From positions 1-39,257 of the forward strand of contig NKIB01014967.1 of assembly GCA_002256025.1 (NCBI GenBank): DNA of 39,257 bases, read 5' to 3'. A program made the position numbers and the translations under genes. Positions 23,580-34,940 of this stretch are shown here, in pieces (position 1 is the stretch's first letter; each line of letters begins with the position of its first letter). This stretch comes from Asterionella formosa (Eukaryota). The notes beneath the pieces are model-generated. The model did not search any database, was not told the DNA's origin, and saw only the letters and a program-made list of their open reading frames with translations.

Positions 23580-24803
23580 CATTTTGATATCTAGCTATCC
23601 AGGTGCTATTACGCAAGCAAACGCATGCTGCACACACATTCGACGGTTTCTTCTCCATATTGTTTACAATGCATTTCATTTACATGAACTCATTCTCAAT
23701 CCAAACGCATTACACACATTCAAACCTCCACCCACCTGCAACATTTCATATATACTACAAATACTGTATAAGATAATAATTAACAGGCCCTTGTTTAAGG
23801 TTGTGGCCCTGGCTTAACCCTAGTTTGGAGAACACCTTTGCTAGGGTTGTTAAAATGGCATTGGAACAAGGAGTTTGCTACTATGAATTCCCATGATTCA
23901 AGTGTCCATTTGAATATATGAGTTTAATAGGAATCAGTGCCAGATTGATAGAGTTCCATTTTAAACAAACAAAAATGATTTTTAAACATCTTTTTTATAT
24001 CTATGTAATACTCCGCTGATTGACATTTTTACATGCACTACTATGCCAAGGCAATGACTAAAGGATTTGCATGGCTGTGTGGGGGTGTCCAGTATATGTT
24101 ATTTTGGAACCTAGCTACACTCAACAAAATGGAAAGAAAATTCCTAGGTGGAAACTTCGATCTTGCCAAGCTGTCTTCTTGCTTGGGTTGTCCCCTAAAT
24201 GCACGTCTACAGTCCATTTGGTGCTAAATCCTGCAACCAGTCATCACATTTTGCCTCAATTTTACGTCATCTTTGACAATCCCTTCTCAACCAAACAAGT
24301 TCGATGCATAATATGCTGGAAAGTTTGGATCTATGTCAGCAATTTAGTGCTTGTAGTATTCCACTCTACCTGATCTTCTCAATGATCAAGATGGATGAAG
24401 CAAAGGAATCCAATCTCAATTCTTTGGCATTTGCACTTCGCGATAAACATCTGATTTATCCTCTCCCATAATCAACTTCTTGCTTTATTGCATCCAAGTC
24501 GGATCTAGATACATTGATGTATCATGAGGCAATAAAGGCAATGATGGCAGAAGATAAGGAAGCATTCATTGAAGCAATGCAAATCGAAATTATTGGGGGG
24601 CTTGAGGAACATAAAACGTGGACACTGGTACCACCTCATACAACTGCAACCTCTTCCAATAGAAAGTATTACCAACTACATAGACCTTCAAGTGCAAGCG
24701 GTAACCCAATGGGTGTACACGAAAATATAAGACACGTGTCTGTGTGCGTGGTGATAAGCAAGTAATGGGAATTGACATATAAAAGACATATGCTCCCATG
24801 GTA

Positions 24804-25053
24804 GGGAATGGCTTAGTGGCTAGCACACATGCCTGTTGTGGTGGTGGCAGGTTTGATTCTTGCATTCTCCACCTTTCTTTTTCATTTAGTCCCTAGTGTT
24901 CCAGGGGGTGCAGCTCATGAAAAGACAGGTCATGTTGTACAGTACAGACGAATAAAACCCGTACTAATTATGTCCATTCATTCATCTATTTGGGCACGAG
25001 TGCGATCATTGGATAGCTTTAATGTACTGTAAGATTTGATTGACAATTTTTCG
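24804..25053 (+). mobile_element. tRNA-derived SINE-like insertion (250 bp) with a 15-bp target-site duplication
   Basis: Flanked by tatgctcccatggta (24789-24803) and tatgctctcgtggta (25054-25068). The 5' 70 nt are tRNA-like with Pol III A and B boxes. Excision restores the Copia RT reading frame. Confidence 0.8.
24809..24860 (+). promoter_or_regulatory. RNA polymerase III type-2 internal promoter (A and B boxes) of the tRNA-like head
   Basis: A box TGGCTTAGTGG (24809-24819; consensus TRGCNNARYGG). B box GGTTTGATTCT (24850-24860; two transitions from GGTTCGATTCC) within the T stem gcagg/cttgc. Confidence 0.7.
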
Positions 25054-26057
25054 TATGCTCTCGTGGTACAGTGATTGTCTGTCTGCATCTGCTGTACTCT
25101 TTCAACTATGCTGAAGCTCACGTCCCAACAATTTGACTATGTAAACGCTTTTGTTCAAGCTTAAGTCAAGCAACCAACTTTTGTTGAACTACCGCCCCAC
25201 TAGTAAGGGATTCGAAACATCCAACTCCAATTCTGTGCTTCAGCTGAATAAGAATTTATATGGAAGTAGGGACGCCCCCCCCCTGCATAGTTTGAGGTAC
25301 TCATGGCTTCTCTATTTTTTCGTGGTTTTATTGCAAGTCAAATCGACCCATACCTCTTCATTCATCCTGAAATTATTTTCCTCGTTCTCGTTGATGATTC
25401 AATCTAGCTGGAAAAAGATATCTCGAAAATAGATTCAATGATTGCTAATTTGGGCAAGGAGTTTGAGCTAACAATGGAAGAAGACATTACCATTTTTCTT
25501 CTTGGTATTCTAATTGATGAGTCAGAGTATGGATCCCTGTTCCAAACTTGAACAGGATTGATTGATCGAATCCTTAGGACTTGCTCTACGCAGGATTGAA
25601 ATGCAAGGGATACTCCCCAGCAAGCTCAATTGCTCTTGGAATGACCTACTTGGCGAAACCTTTGTTCAAGATTTCAGCTACCCATCTGCTGTTGGAATTC
25701 TTCTCTATCTCTTTCACTGTACATTAGTGCCCACATTTCACAAACTCGCCTAAAGTGTCCCATGATGGTGAAGCCATCTGGAGAATCTGCCGTTACCTAA
25801 AGCAAGAAGACAAGGGGACTTCTACACAAGGACCAATATTGTGACCTACCAAGAAACTCAATCTGGATACATATGTTGATGAGGACTATGCTGGTTTGTG
25901 GAGAGGCAAAGATGACGACCAAGACCCACCAATAGTATGTGTTAAGTCGCATAGAGGTTTTGTCATTTCTTTATCAAACTGCGGAAAACTTTCCCCTCAT
26001 CATATCATAATGACAATCCAAACTACAGGTATCATATAATAAGAATGACAATACAAT

Positions 26058-29000
26058 GACTGCAAATAAAAACTATCATGCATATAGGATTAAGGGTATT
26101 GTACGCTAAGTGGCACAGGATTTTTATGTTTATGATAGTTTTTGGATCAAAAATATGATCAGTGTATCATATAATAATGATCATGCTTTACCGAGCTTGA
26201 AGTATGATGATACTATCATAGTTATGATACCATTGCATCATATAATAAGTTAAACATGGGCCTATGATGTGTATACTCTTGTCATACAACTATCTTAACA
26301 TGATCGTAATTCTCATCGATATCACTGTCTAAAATAGGATGAAATGGATCGAAATTTAGAACTATATTTAAGAATGGTTCTATGTTTCTATATCTTGAGT
26401 GGCTACAGAATGTTCAACAATGCTCTCATCGCAATGATTGGTGCTTCAGCTTTCACTTCCACCTTCCCCCCGCCCAATCCAATTCTGAAGGTTGTTGTAG
26501 TAGTACTGGTTGTCTTGCCCTTGTTCCCCTGCTTTCCTTTTACTCCTGAAGGATCTGAGTTTGCATTCACGCATTTTTCCACTACTATTTAATCCGTTTC
26601 GTTGTACCAATCAGCCATACTAACAAAGAGAAGCAATTCATTGTTAGCTGTTCATGTTTTGCTACACAACAGCATGCATATCATTTCTATCTTCACTTAC
26701 CACAAATTGATGAAGTAACTGATGCATATTTCTGTAAAATAATGTGTCAGTTGAAGATTGCATAAGAAAGTACTATCAATCAATAAATGGGCCCCAACGC
26801 TGCTGTTTATAACTTATAAATACTGTTTGTTTACCATTATCCTGAAAGAAGCAACACACATGTGTCAGTTATTCTAAAAGTTGTGGATTAATCCAAAGAT
26901 GATACCATTTACCGATTTCTTTTGTCCACAATGATGATTGGCCAGCCACCAAATCGAAAAGGAGCTATTGAATCACTGAAAGGGGACGAGTCATTCCGTA
27001 TTTGTAATCCCAACAAGCAATTGATCATCCTGGCATGATTTGCTCTTGACATGCCATAACACAAAGCACAGCTTGTTGATTCCGCCCTTCTCCATAATAT
27101 TCAATCCGTCTTAGCCACATGGTGTATCATTGTGTTGTATTGTCACTTCAGTTTTTCGCATCTTGTGTTCTTGCTTGAGATCCTTAATTTCAGGAAGTGT
27201 ATGCATGACAAGAAACATGACAGGCATTTGCTCTTGACTTACCATCAATTAAATCCACCCTTCTCTTCTAAGCCGCAAGTATCATTGTGTTGCATTATCA
27301 ATTTCGTTTTCCACGTCATCATGTGTGATAATCCTTCATTTCAGGAGCAAAGTGTATGCATGACAAGGAACATGAAAACATGATTTCAAATGTTTCAGCC
27401 ATGAATACATATATATAAAGATTTGTAAGTCCAAATGTATATGTATTTGAACATTTGCATAGTTTTAAACACGCTCATAATACGGCACATCCTGTGTATG
27501 CAAACATCAATTTTGATTATACATAATTCAAATATACACAATGCATGATGAGTTCATAGTTTTCCACGACCTGTTGAATTTTTTCAATTTGTTTTGTGTC
27601 AATTCTTGTACCTACAAGTCAGTGGCTGATTTCATTAAGCCCATTAATAATCGGGAGTCATCACCAATTTTTCAAATAATCTAAATCATACATTTATGAA
27701 TATAGACATATTGACCATATACATTCGAAAACTTCATATGGCCTACCGGTAGTAGTACTGTATATTTGCTGGGTATAACTTCTATCATGGGAGTACCACA
27801 ATAGTCCAGCGGAAAACTGAATATGCTCATGTGTTCAGGATCATTTGATCATATTTCTAAGATCAATTAATCTTAATTCCTGAAAATAAATTTTGATCTT
27901 TCATTGTCTCATCAGACACCGTTTATCATATGATCAAAGCTATAGGATAAAAGAATCAAACTTTATTGATTAAAGATCATACTTTATACCGAAATAGTTG
28001 CTCATGCATGCAACCCATTCCCCCGTACTATATATGGTATGGAAGAAAACCTCAACCCCGATTTTGCTCACATGCTCCACCCATCAACTTCTTCATTGAT
28101 GAAATCAAGGTAGCTATATTGACGTCAGGTGGTGCAGGCTTGTGTATAGATTGATGATACCAAAAGCATTGCTTCCTTTTCCCATTGGTACCTATTTGTC
28201 AATAGCAGCAATTTTCCCTTTACCTATCCTTCCAAGAAGAACCTTTATTTCTCTTTCACAATTGTCCTGATGTTTGCAGAGCATTTTTACTTCTCTTTCG
28301 ATTTTTCCACTGGTTTCAATTCCTTTGGCATTCAAGTCAAGAGACAAGCAACTCATTGAGATTTCTACNNNNNNNNNNNNNNNNNNNNNNNNNNNNNNNN
28401 NNNNNNNNNNNNNNNNNNNNNNNNNNNNNNNNNNNNNNNNNNNNNNNNNNNNNNNNNNNNNNNNNNNNNNNNNNNNNNNNNNNNNNNNNNNNNNNNNNNN
28501 NNNNNNNNNNNNNNNNNNNNNNNNNNNNNNNNNNNNNNNNNNNNNNNNNNNNNNNNNNNNNNNNNNNNNNNNNNNNNNNNNNNNNNNNNNNNNNNNNNNN
28601 NNNNNNNNNNNNNNNNNNNNNNNNNNNNNNNNNNNNNNNNNNNNNNNNNNNNNNNNNNNNNNNNNNNNNNNNNNNNNNNNNNNNNNNNNNNNNNNNNNNN
28701 NNNNNNNNNNNNNNNNNNNNNNNNNNNNNNNNNNNNNNNNNNNNNNNNNNNNNNNNNNNNNNNNNNNNNNNNNNNNNNNNNNNNNNNNNNNNNNNNNNNN
28801 NNNNNNNNNNNNNNNNNNNNNNNNNNNNNNNNNNNNNNNNNNNNNNNNNNNNNNNNNNNNNNNNNNNNNNNNNNNNNNNNNNNNNNNNNNNNNNNNNNNN
28901 NNNNNNNNNNNNNNNNNNNNNNNNNNNNNNNNNNNNNNNNNNNNNNNNNNNNNNNNNNNNNNNNNNNNNNNNNNNNNNNNNNNNNNNNNNNNNNNNNNNN

Positions 29001-29685
29001 NNNNNNNNNNNNNNNNNNNNNNNNNNNNNNNNNNNNNNNNNNNNNNNNNNNNNNNNNNNNNNNNNNNNNNNNNNNNNNNNNNNNNNCTGCATTTCAATTC
29101 TAGATGTATCATGTTCTCGTTAGAGAGACGATGTAACATAGAAGTAGATTGTGCTGTTCTATAATGGATGTTGTTTAGCTAGCGATGATTGAGGATGTAA
29201 CTCTGATTGAAACTCCGGTGACAGACTGGAAATATTCGTCTTGTGTGATGATCCAAGTCGTTTTCATTGGATTTCCTTTAAGCTCTTAACGGATTGCATC
29301 CAAACATCAAACATACTGTGCACTGTAGATGATTATTCATCGAAGACATATGATGACTTGAACGACAAATGAAGATTTCATCACAAACACTCTTTCCTCT
29401 CAACATGGCTGCTTTGTTGTTGTTGCAAGAATCAGAGTGAGGACTGGCAAGGATGATGAGCCAAACCACACTACTTTAACTGGTACATTATCCTTTCAAG
29501 AAACTTAAATAAAGGAACCTAAAAGAAACAATACATATAATAATTAAATATACATAGTCAAAAGGGTTACTATTTAAATTACAATGGCATTTCTAAAAAT
29601 AATTAGATGATATAACGAAAAATTATGATCAGATGATCATAATCCTATGATGCATCATAGGAATATGATGGATTTTTTTGCAGAC
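26058..29685 (-). mobile_element. Unclassified TIR DNA element, copy 2 (~3.6 kb including a gap), inserted in the Copia RNase H
   Basis: Ends gactgcaaataaaaactatcatgcatataggatta and taatcctatgatgcatcatag...tttttttgcagac are imperfect inverted repeats. TATCAT/ATGATC-rich subterminal tracts. Copia coding resumes immediately to the right. Confidence 0.8.
28369..29086. other. Assembly gap (N run)
   Basis: Run of n. Confidence 1.
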
Positions 29686-30117
29686 AACAATGACAATCCA
29701 TTAAGCTACAGGGACAAGTCTTTCTACTATGGAAGCTGAATATATTGAACTCAGTGCAAGTATTTGTAGTCGTTTATCACTAGCTAAGTCATTGATCGAA
29801 GGAGTTACGTCATTGTTGATGTCTGATCTTACTTTTTTTACATTATACCTAGTTTTAATCTGTGTTTGAGTATAACAAGCAAGAATGGGGCTTTAATTAT
29901 AGCCACCAGCACCACCTCACCAAGAATGACTCCTCGCTCTAAACACATCGCTGTCCCATGTTGCAAACGGTATAATCAAAATATTTAAGGTTAAATGTAA
30001 CCTGAATACTGCAGATATCTTTACTAAAGGAATTGTTTGTGTCAAGTATCAAGCCCTCCTCCTTCGGAAATTCTTAATGGGCTGGTAAATCACTTGTAAG
30101 TGCTGTCTCACTTCCTT

Positions 30118-30128
30118 GAGAGGGAGAA
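30118..30128 (+). other. Polypurine tract of the second Copia
   Basis: gagagggagaa about 30 bp after the RNase H stop and immediately before TG. Confidence 0.75.
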
Positions 30129-30129
30129 T

Positions 30130-30691
30130 TGTGACCCAACAATTATGCCATAGTGCCAGTTAGGAACAGAGAGCACTAGTACCGAAATGGCTATTGATCC
30201 CATACATTTCCTAGCTAATACAAAATCTACATGCCCACTACTCTTCCCTCATTTACACACTCACCAGTGTGAATTCCTTTGCTTGACCTGGCTGGTTCAT
30301 TTAGGTCGCATTCTTGTTCTACGAGGATGGATATGGAGAGCTAGAACAGCAACTGAATTCCTGTTATTTAGACTCTACTCTCCCAAATCAAGTCACAAGT
30401 ACTACCCTACTCTCTTTCTACCTTTTCAGAGGAGTCCTTTACAGTACCAGCCACCAAGGGTAACTCTTTGTCTCAACTTAGTTTTAAACTGAAATTATGG
30501 CATAATTTCAGTTTATTCGACTTGTTATTGCTACTTCATAATTTTTCTCTCAAGATCATTGATCTTTGCTTTTTCATTCAAGTATTTGTTCTAGCACTTT
30601 TTTCAAGGGATTGAAATCCCAGACTGAACCCAGTCTCTTAGACTGAAATCAGCCTACCCGGAAAGAATCTGGTGGATAAAGTTTTGTGCAC
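30130..30691 (+). repeat. 3' LTR of the second Copia (right boundary approximate)
   Basis: Begins TGTGACC directly after the PPT; non-coding; agactgaacccagtctcttagactgaaatcag near its end; candidate CA end at tgtgcaca. No partner LTR in the window. Confidence 0.6.
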
Positions 30692-31095
30692 AACCCAAAT
30701 TGGCCTGCCGGTAGTACTTGTACCTAAACGTGTAAGTCAACGACTGCATCATGTACCAGCACTACAAGTTTACCGGGTTCTAGTGTCAGCATTGATTTCT
30801 GATGATGTTGTGGTCCCACAGCTCGCGCTTGAATACACCGGCATGTGCTGTTCCTCCTCATATCATCATCATGCAAAGAAATACTGATAATCCTCTGTCA
30901 ACCGAATCAGCCAACGACCTCTTCCTTATATTGTACGCATACCGGTACGGAGTACCTGGTACCAGGTACTGTAGATCAATTCTTTTCACCTCGTTGACCC
31001 ATATTTGTATTTGCTTTGTACATAGCAGCGCCTATACTTCAAGAATTATACTCTTTTCTGTCTAGAACTACACAGTTCTTTAGACTACTACTCGC

Positions 31096-31470
31096 ATGAT
31101 TCGATCCAGCCAAATCCCCGACGTCCTCCGTCGCATCTGCGGCGACGGCATCCATTCCGCCGCACTGGTCACCGGTGACGGCGAACTGTTGGGTACCTCC
31201 TTGCGTCATCCGTCGGAATCTCTTGCCAATCAATCTACTCTCATTGCTGAAATCGCTTCTGATTACGTTCGATTGGCATCCGAATTGCGTCAGCGTTCCT
31301 TGCTATTCGTATGCTTGGAGTTGGATCAAGGCATGGTAGCCATAGCTACGGCAGGCCCTGACTTTGTCATGGCAATTTGTGAATCCGGAACACCATTAGG
31401 ACTATTGCAAGGAAAAGTTATGGCATGTGCATTACATGTACAAGAGGCATTGACACCCATGGTGGTTTGA
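31096..31470 (+). CDS. Roadblock/LC7-domain protein, LAMTOR2-like (Ragulator subunit)
   Basis: 124 aa: MIRSSQIPDVLRRI..GIHSAALVTGDGELLG...STLIAEIASDY...VCLELDQGMVAI...LGLLQGK...LHVQEAL matches the LAMTOR2 pattern. Confidence 0.75.
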   Translation: MIRSSQIPDVLRRICGDGIHSAALVTGDGELLGTSLRHPSESLANQSTLIAEIASDYVRLASELRQRSLLFVCLELDQGMVAIATAGPDFVMAICESGTPLGLLQGKVMACALHVQEALTPMVV

Positions 31471-31769
31471 AATGTGTGTCTGATTTGTTACTACCGGTAG
31501 ACTCGATATGAAATTTCCCGAAACCCCCAAGTGTTTGCCTCTCCCCATTGTCGAGCAGAGAATGCTCTCATGATGGTGCCAGTGACGATTTCTTCAGCAA
31601 AGACCAGAAGGTTCGAATTTCTAGTGAGCTATGTACCGGTAGTCGGAATAGACATGGTAGCTGGTACCAGGAAAGCACCAGGGGGTATGATGTGCCTGGA
31701 CGTTTTCTTCTATAATTATTCTTGTTTACCGGTTCATACATAGTTTCCTGGTTCCGTCAAGTGTGAATA

Positions 31770-32421
31770 NNNNNNNNNNNNNNNNNNNNNNNNNNNNNNN
31801 NNNNNNNNNNNNNNNNNNNNNNNNNNNNNNNNNNNNNNNNNNNNNNNNNNNNNNNNNNNNNNNNNNNNNNNNNNNNNNNNNNNNNNNNNNNNNNNNNNNN
31901 NNNNNNNNNNNNNNNNNNNNNNNNNNNNNNNNNNNNNNNNNNNNNNNNNNNNNNNNNNNNNNNNNNNNNNNNNNNNNNNNNNNNNNNNNNNNNNNNNNNN
32001 NNNNNNNNNNNNNNNNNNNNNNNNNNNNNNNNNNNNNNNNNNNNNNNNNNNNNNNNNNNNNNNNNNNNNNNNNNNNNNNNNNNNNNNNNNNNNNNNNNNN
32101 NNNNNNNNNNNNNNNNNNNNNNNNNNNNNNNNNNNNNNNNNNNNNNNNNNNNNNNNNNNNNNNNNNNNNNNNNNNNNNNNNNNNNNNNNNNNNNNNNNNN
32201 NNNNNNNNNNNNNNNNNNNNNNNNNNNNNNNNNNNNNNNNNNNNNNNNNNNNNNNNNNNNNNNNNNNNNNNNNNNNNNNNNNNNNNNNNNNNNNNNNNNN
32301 NNNNNNNNNNNNNNNNNNNNNNNNNNNNNNNNNNNNNNNNNNNNNNNNNNNNNNNNNNNNNNNNNNNNNNNNNNNNNNNNNNNNNNNNNNNNNNNNNNNN
32401 NNNNNNNNNNNNNNNNNNNNN
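31770..32421. other. Assembly gap (N run)
   Basis: Run of n. Confidence 1.
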
Positions 32422-32433
32422 NGAGTTGGTTGA

Positions 32434-34053
32434 ATGATGAGTGTGAGAGTACCGGTAGTAGCAACAACAAGAACGGCAGCGAAAACAACAAGAAAGTCAC
32501 TAGTGACAGTCTGCTGCTTTCTATTGCTACAGCAGCAACAATCATTAATCCATACGACGTTTGCCTTTGTGCCAACGAGCAGCCGCCCTCGACAAGGCGG
32601 AGCATTCAGAGTACAAGCCAAGAGAAACCAACATGATGAAATCATCATCGCATGGAGCAACAATGGTCAGTTACTATTGAAACAAGCATGCAAAGGCCTG
32701 GCGGTATCTATTGTAATGCTTGGTGCCTTATTACTGATTCATCCAGATGACAGTAATTCACGTCAGCACCAGTTCTCTGCCTTTGCGCAAGACACTGCAC
32801 CTACCGTTTTGGTAGAAACGTCCAAGGAACCTTCTCTACTAGGCAGTACGATGATGTCAAACTCACCAAGTGTCGTTGATGAAGTATGGACACTTGTCAA
32901 CAAGTATTACATCGACAGGACCTTTCATGGACAAGATTGGGACCGTATCCATGACAAGTACGCGGCATTAGAAAAGAGCAGCAGCAGCAACGGCCAATCA
33001 TCATCGCTAGACCTGGTCACTGAAATGGTGAAAACACTCGGTGACAAGTATTCTCGAGTGTTAGACCCATCTCAGTATACGTCAATACAAAAGTATGACT
33101 TGATTGGAGTTGGGGCGACTCTCATGCCCAACGAGCAGAAAGAAATTATTGTTGGGGCGCCACCCATTGCTGGATCTGCATCAGATAAAGCAGGATTGAA
33201 AGCTGGAGATTTCATCGAGGCGATCAATGGAATATCTACAGAAGGACGGACGGCATTTGATATTATTGATCAAATATCAGAACAGCCCAACGCCAAGACA
33301 GTGGCCATGACGGTGCGGAGCAAAGATGGTACTGTCACACAAGAAATGATCATGGAACGACAATTTCTTAAAGTGAGAAATCCGGTGAGTTATCAAATTA
33401 CCGAACGACGCAAGGATGGGACGGTCGTGGGGTTCATTCGGATAGCAGAATTCAATTCATTGGTCAAGGCTCGATTGGAGGATGCGATTACATCGTTGGA
33501 AAAGGAAGGAGCAAATGCATTTGTCTTGGATCTGAGAGGCAATCCAGGAGGAGCTTTTCAAAGTGCTGTGGAGATTTCTAGTCTTTTTGTGGAGGATCGA
33601 GTTGCCACGTACGTGGTGGACAGCAATCAAGTACAACTTCCCTTCAGGACTGCTGGTGGACGTGTGATACTACCAGAAGGAAATCCAATGGCCATTTGGG
33701 TTGATGGAGGGTCAGCGTCGGCATCTGAAGTGCTTACAGGAAGTTTGCATGATAACTGCAGAGCAGTCGTCATGGGAGAAAAGTCATTTGGCAAGGGTCT
33801 CATCCAAGCTGTGTATGGGTTGAAGAATGGTGCTGGGCTGGTATTGACTGTAGCCAAGTACGTGACTCCAAATGGGACGGAAATTCAAGGAATTGGTATC
33901 ACTCCCGACATCAAGGGAGGTGTCCCATTTCAACCAATTATCGGGCTCTTACCAGACACCTCCAAGGTGGACTTTGGAGACATTTCTAAGCGACTAAGTC
34001 CAGCGATGTGCAAGGTTCCTTTCCAACACCCGGAGATGAAAAGTATGAATTAA
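32434..34053 (+). CDS. ctpA: C-terminal processing peptidase (S41A, CtpA-like), plastid/thylakoid-lumen targeted
   Basis: EVWTLVNKYYIDRTFHGQDW, LGDKYSR, PDZ (GVGATL..AGLKAGDFIEAING), VLDLRGNPGG, catalytic Ser in SASASEV and Lys in SFGKGLIQ. N-terminal TFA-FVP (ASAFAP-like) and a second hydrophobic segment ending SAFA-Q. Confidence 0.93.
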   Translation: MMSVRVPVVATTRTAAKTTRKSLVTVCCFLLLQQQQSLIHTTFAFVPTSSRPRQGGAFRVQAKRNQHDEIIIAWSNNGQLLLKQACKGLAVSIVMLGALLLIHPDDSNSRQHQFSAFAQDTAPTVLVETSKEPSLLGSTMMSNSPSVVDEVWTLVNKYYIDRTFHGQDWDRIHDKYAALEKSSSSNGQSSSLDLVTEMVKTLGDKYSRVLDPSQYTSIQKYDLIGVGATLMPNEQKEIIVGAPPIAGSASDKAGLKAGDFIEAINGISTEGRTAFDIIDQISEQPNAKTVAMTVRSKDGTVTQEMIMERQFLKVRNPVSYQITERRKDGTVVGFIRIAEFNSLVKARLEDAITSLEKEGANAFVLDLRGNPGGAFQSAVEISSLFVEDRVATYVVDSNQVQLPFRTAGGRVILPEGNPMAIWVDGGSASASEVLTGSLHDNCRAVVMGEKSFGKGLIQAVYGLKNGAGLVLTVAKYVTPNGTEIQGIGITPDIKGGVPFQPIIGLLPDTSKVDFGDISKRLSPAMCKVPFQHPEMKSMN

Positions 34054-34358
34054 GCACTGCTATTTTCTATATCGCTAAACATAAGCAAGCCATTGAGGTA
34101 CCTTCATATACCCATATTGAATGAACGAAGGAAATACATTATATCTTGTTGTGGAAACGCTGTGGATACAGCCGATACCTAATGAAGTCCTTAGTAGTTT
34201 CGGGATTCATTATTCGGAGTAGCTTCGGGGGAAGCAATTGATAGCATACACAACGATTTTAAATTGGAAGGAGTCAGTCGATTCCCGGTTGTAGCCGTAT
34301 GAACTGGATCGCACAATAACTACTTTTCACTTTTGAAAAGTACATAAAAAATCTACGA

Positions 34359-34940
34359 ATGAACGACATGGTATCGATACTCATGCCGGTTGATACATCG
34401 ATCGAGTCAAGTGATGCCACTCCAATCGACAAACCCTTTGATGAAGTCGATGAGAGTACCAAGCTACAAATAGACTCATCTCAAGAATCAGCAGAGGAGG
34501 AAAGTGAAAGGGTCATTCCTTTTGCAAATATTGATACAATTCTTGATGTTGATGACACCTCCACGCTAGCGTCCACGGAATTTTCTCCGGTTGCTGGCTT
34601 CAAGGCATCCGTTGAAGTGCTTGGGGAATCCGACGCGATAATGGCTCGTCCCATCCTAAAGCGCCAAGTCGGAATTCGACGGCTGCCAAATGCCGGTATT
34701 AATCAGGTGGCTCTAGGATGTGAATCTGCTGACATGAAGATTTTTTGCCGTTCCGACCACGACGACGAAGGTGGTACGTTCTGGACAAGATTAGGCGCGT
34801 TTGGTACCTTGCGCCTTTATAAAAGCAGTAAAGCCAAACGACGCCAAGCTATTTTATCAATTCATGAGGACTTGGATGTGGGCTTTGATTACCCCCTTGA
34901 AGAGGATTTCGCTGCACATTTTGTCGCTCAAGTGAAATGA
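34359..34940 (+). CDS. Hypothetical acidic protein, possibly a decaying gene
   Basis: 193-aa ORF with protein-like composition; the downstream ~300 bp reads as protein-like sequence broken by stops. Confidence 0.4.
   Translation: MNDMVSILMPVDTSIESSDATPIDKPFDEVDESTKLQIDSSQESAEEESERVIPFANIDTILDVDDTSTLASTEFSPVAGFKASVEVLGESDAIMARPILKRQVGIRRLPNAGINQVALGCESADMKIFCRSDHDDEGGTFWTRLGAFGTLRLYKSSKAKRRQAILSIHEDLDVGFDYPLEEDFAAHFVAQVK

Larger units (their letters stand above)
24010..30087 (+). mobile_element. Decayed, 5'-truncated Ty1/Copia element (integrase C-terminus, RT, RNase H) with two nested insertions
   Basis: VWGCPVYV..GKKIPRW..PQFYVIFD (24071-24290); RT YHEA..TWTLVP, RVCVRGDKQ, TYAP, QFDYVNAFVQA, LYGSRDAP, VDD; RNase H YVD.DYAGLW, GFVISLSNC, then after 29690 STMEAEYIELS, TPRSKHIAV, ADIFTKG, FLMGW-stop at 30087. 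Confidence 0.9.

Noticed and set aside
24804..24873. Functional tRNA gene
   Set aside because: B box and acceptor stem are mutated, the anticodon loop (tgcctgt) is non-canonical, and it lies inside a TSD-flanked insert.
28192..29164. Long ORFs spanning N runs (also at 31734-32663 and 37530-38141)
   Set aside because: Artefacts of translating assembly gaps.
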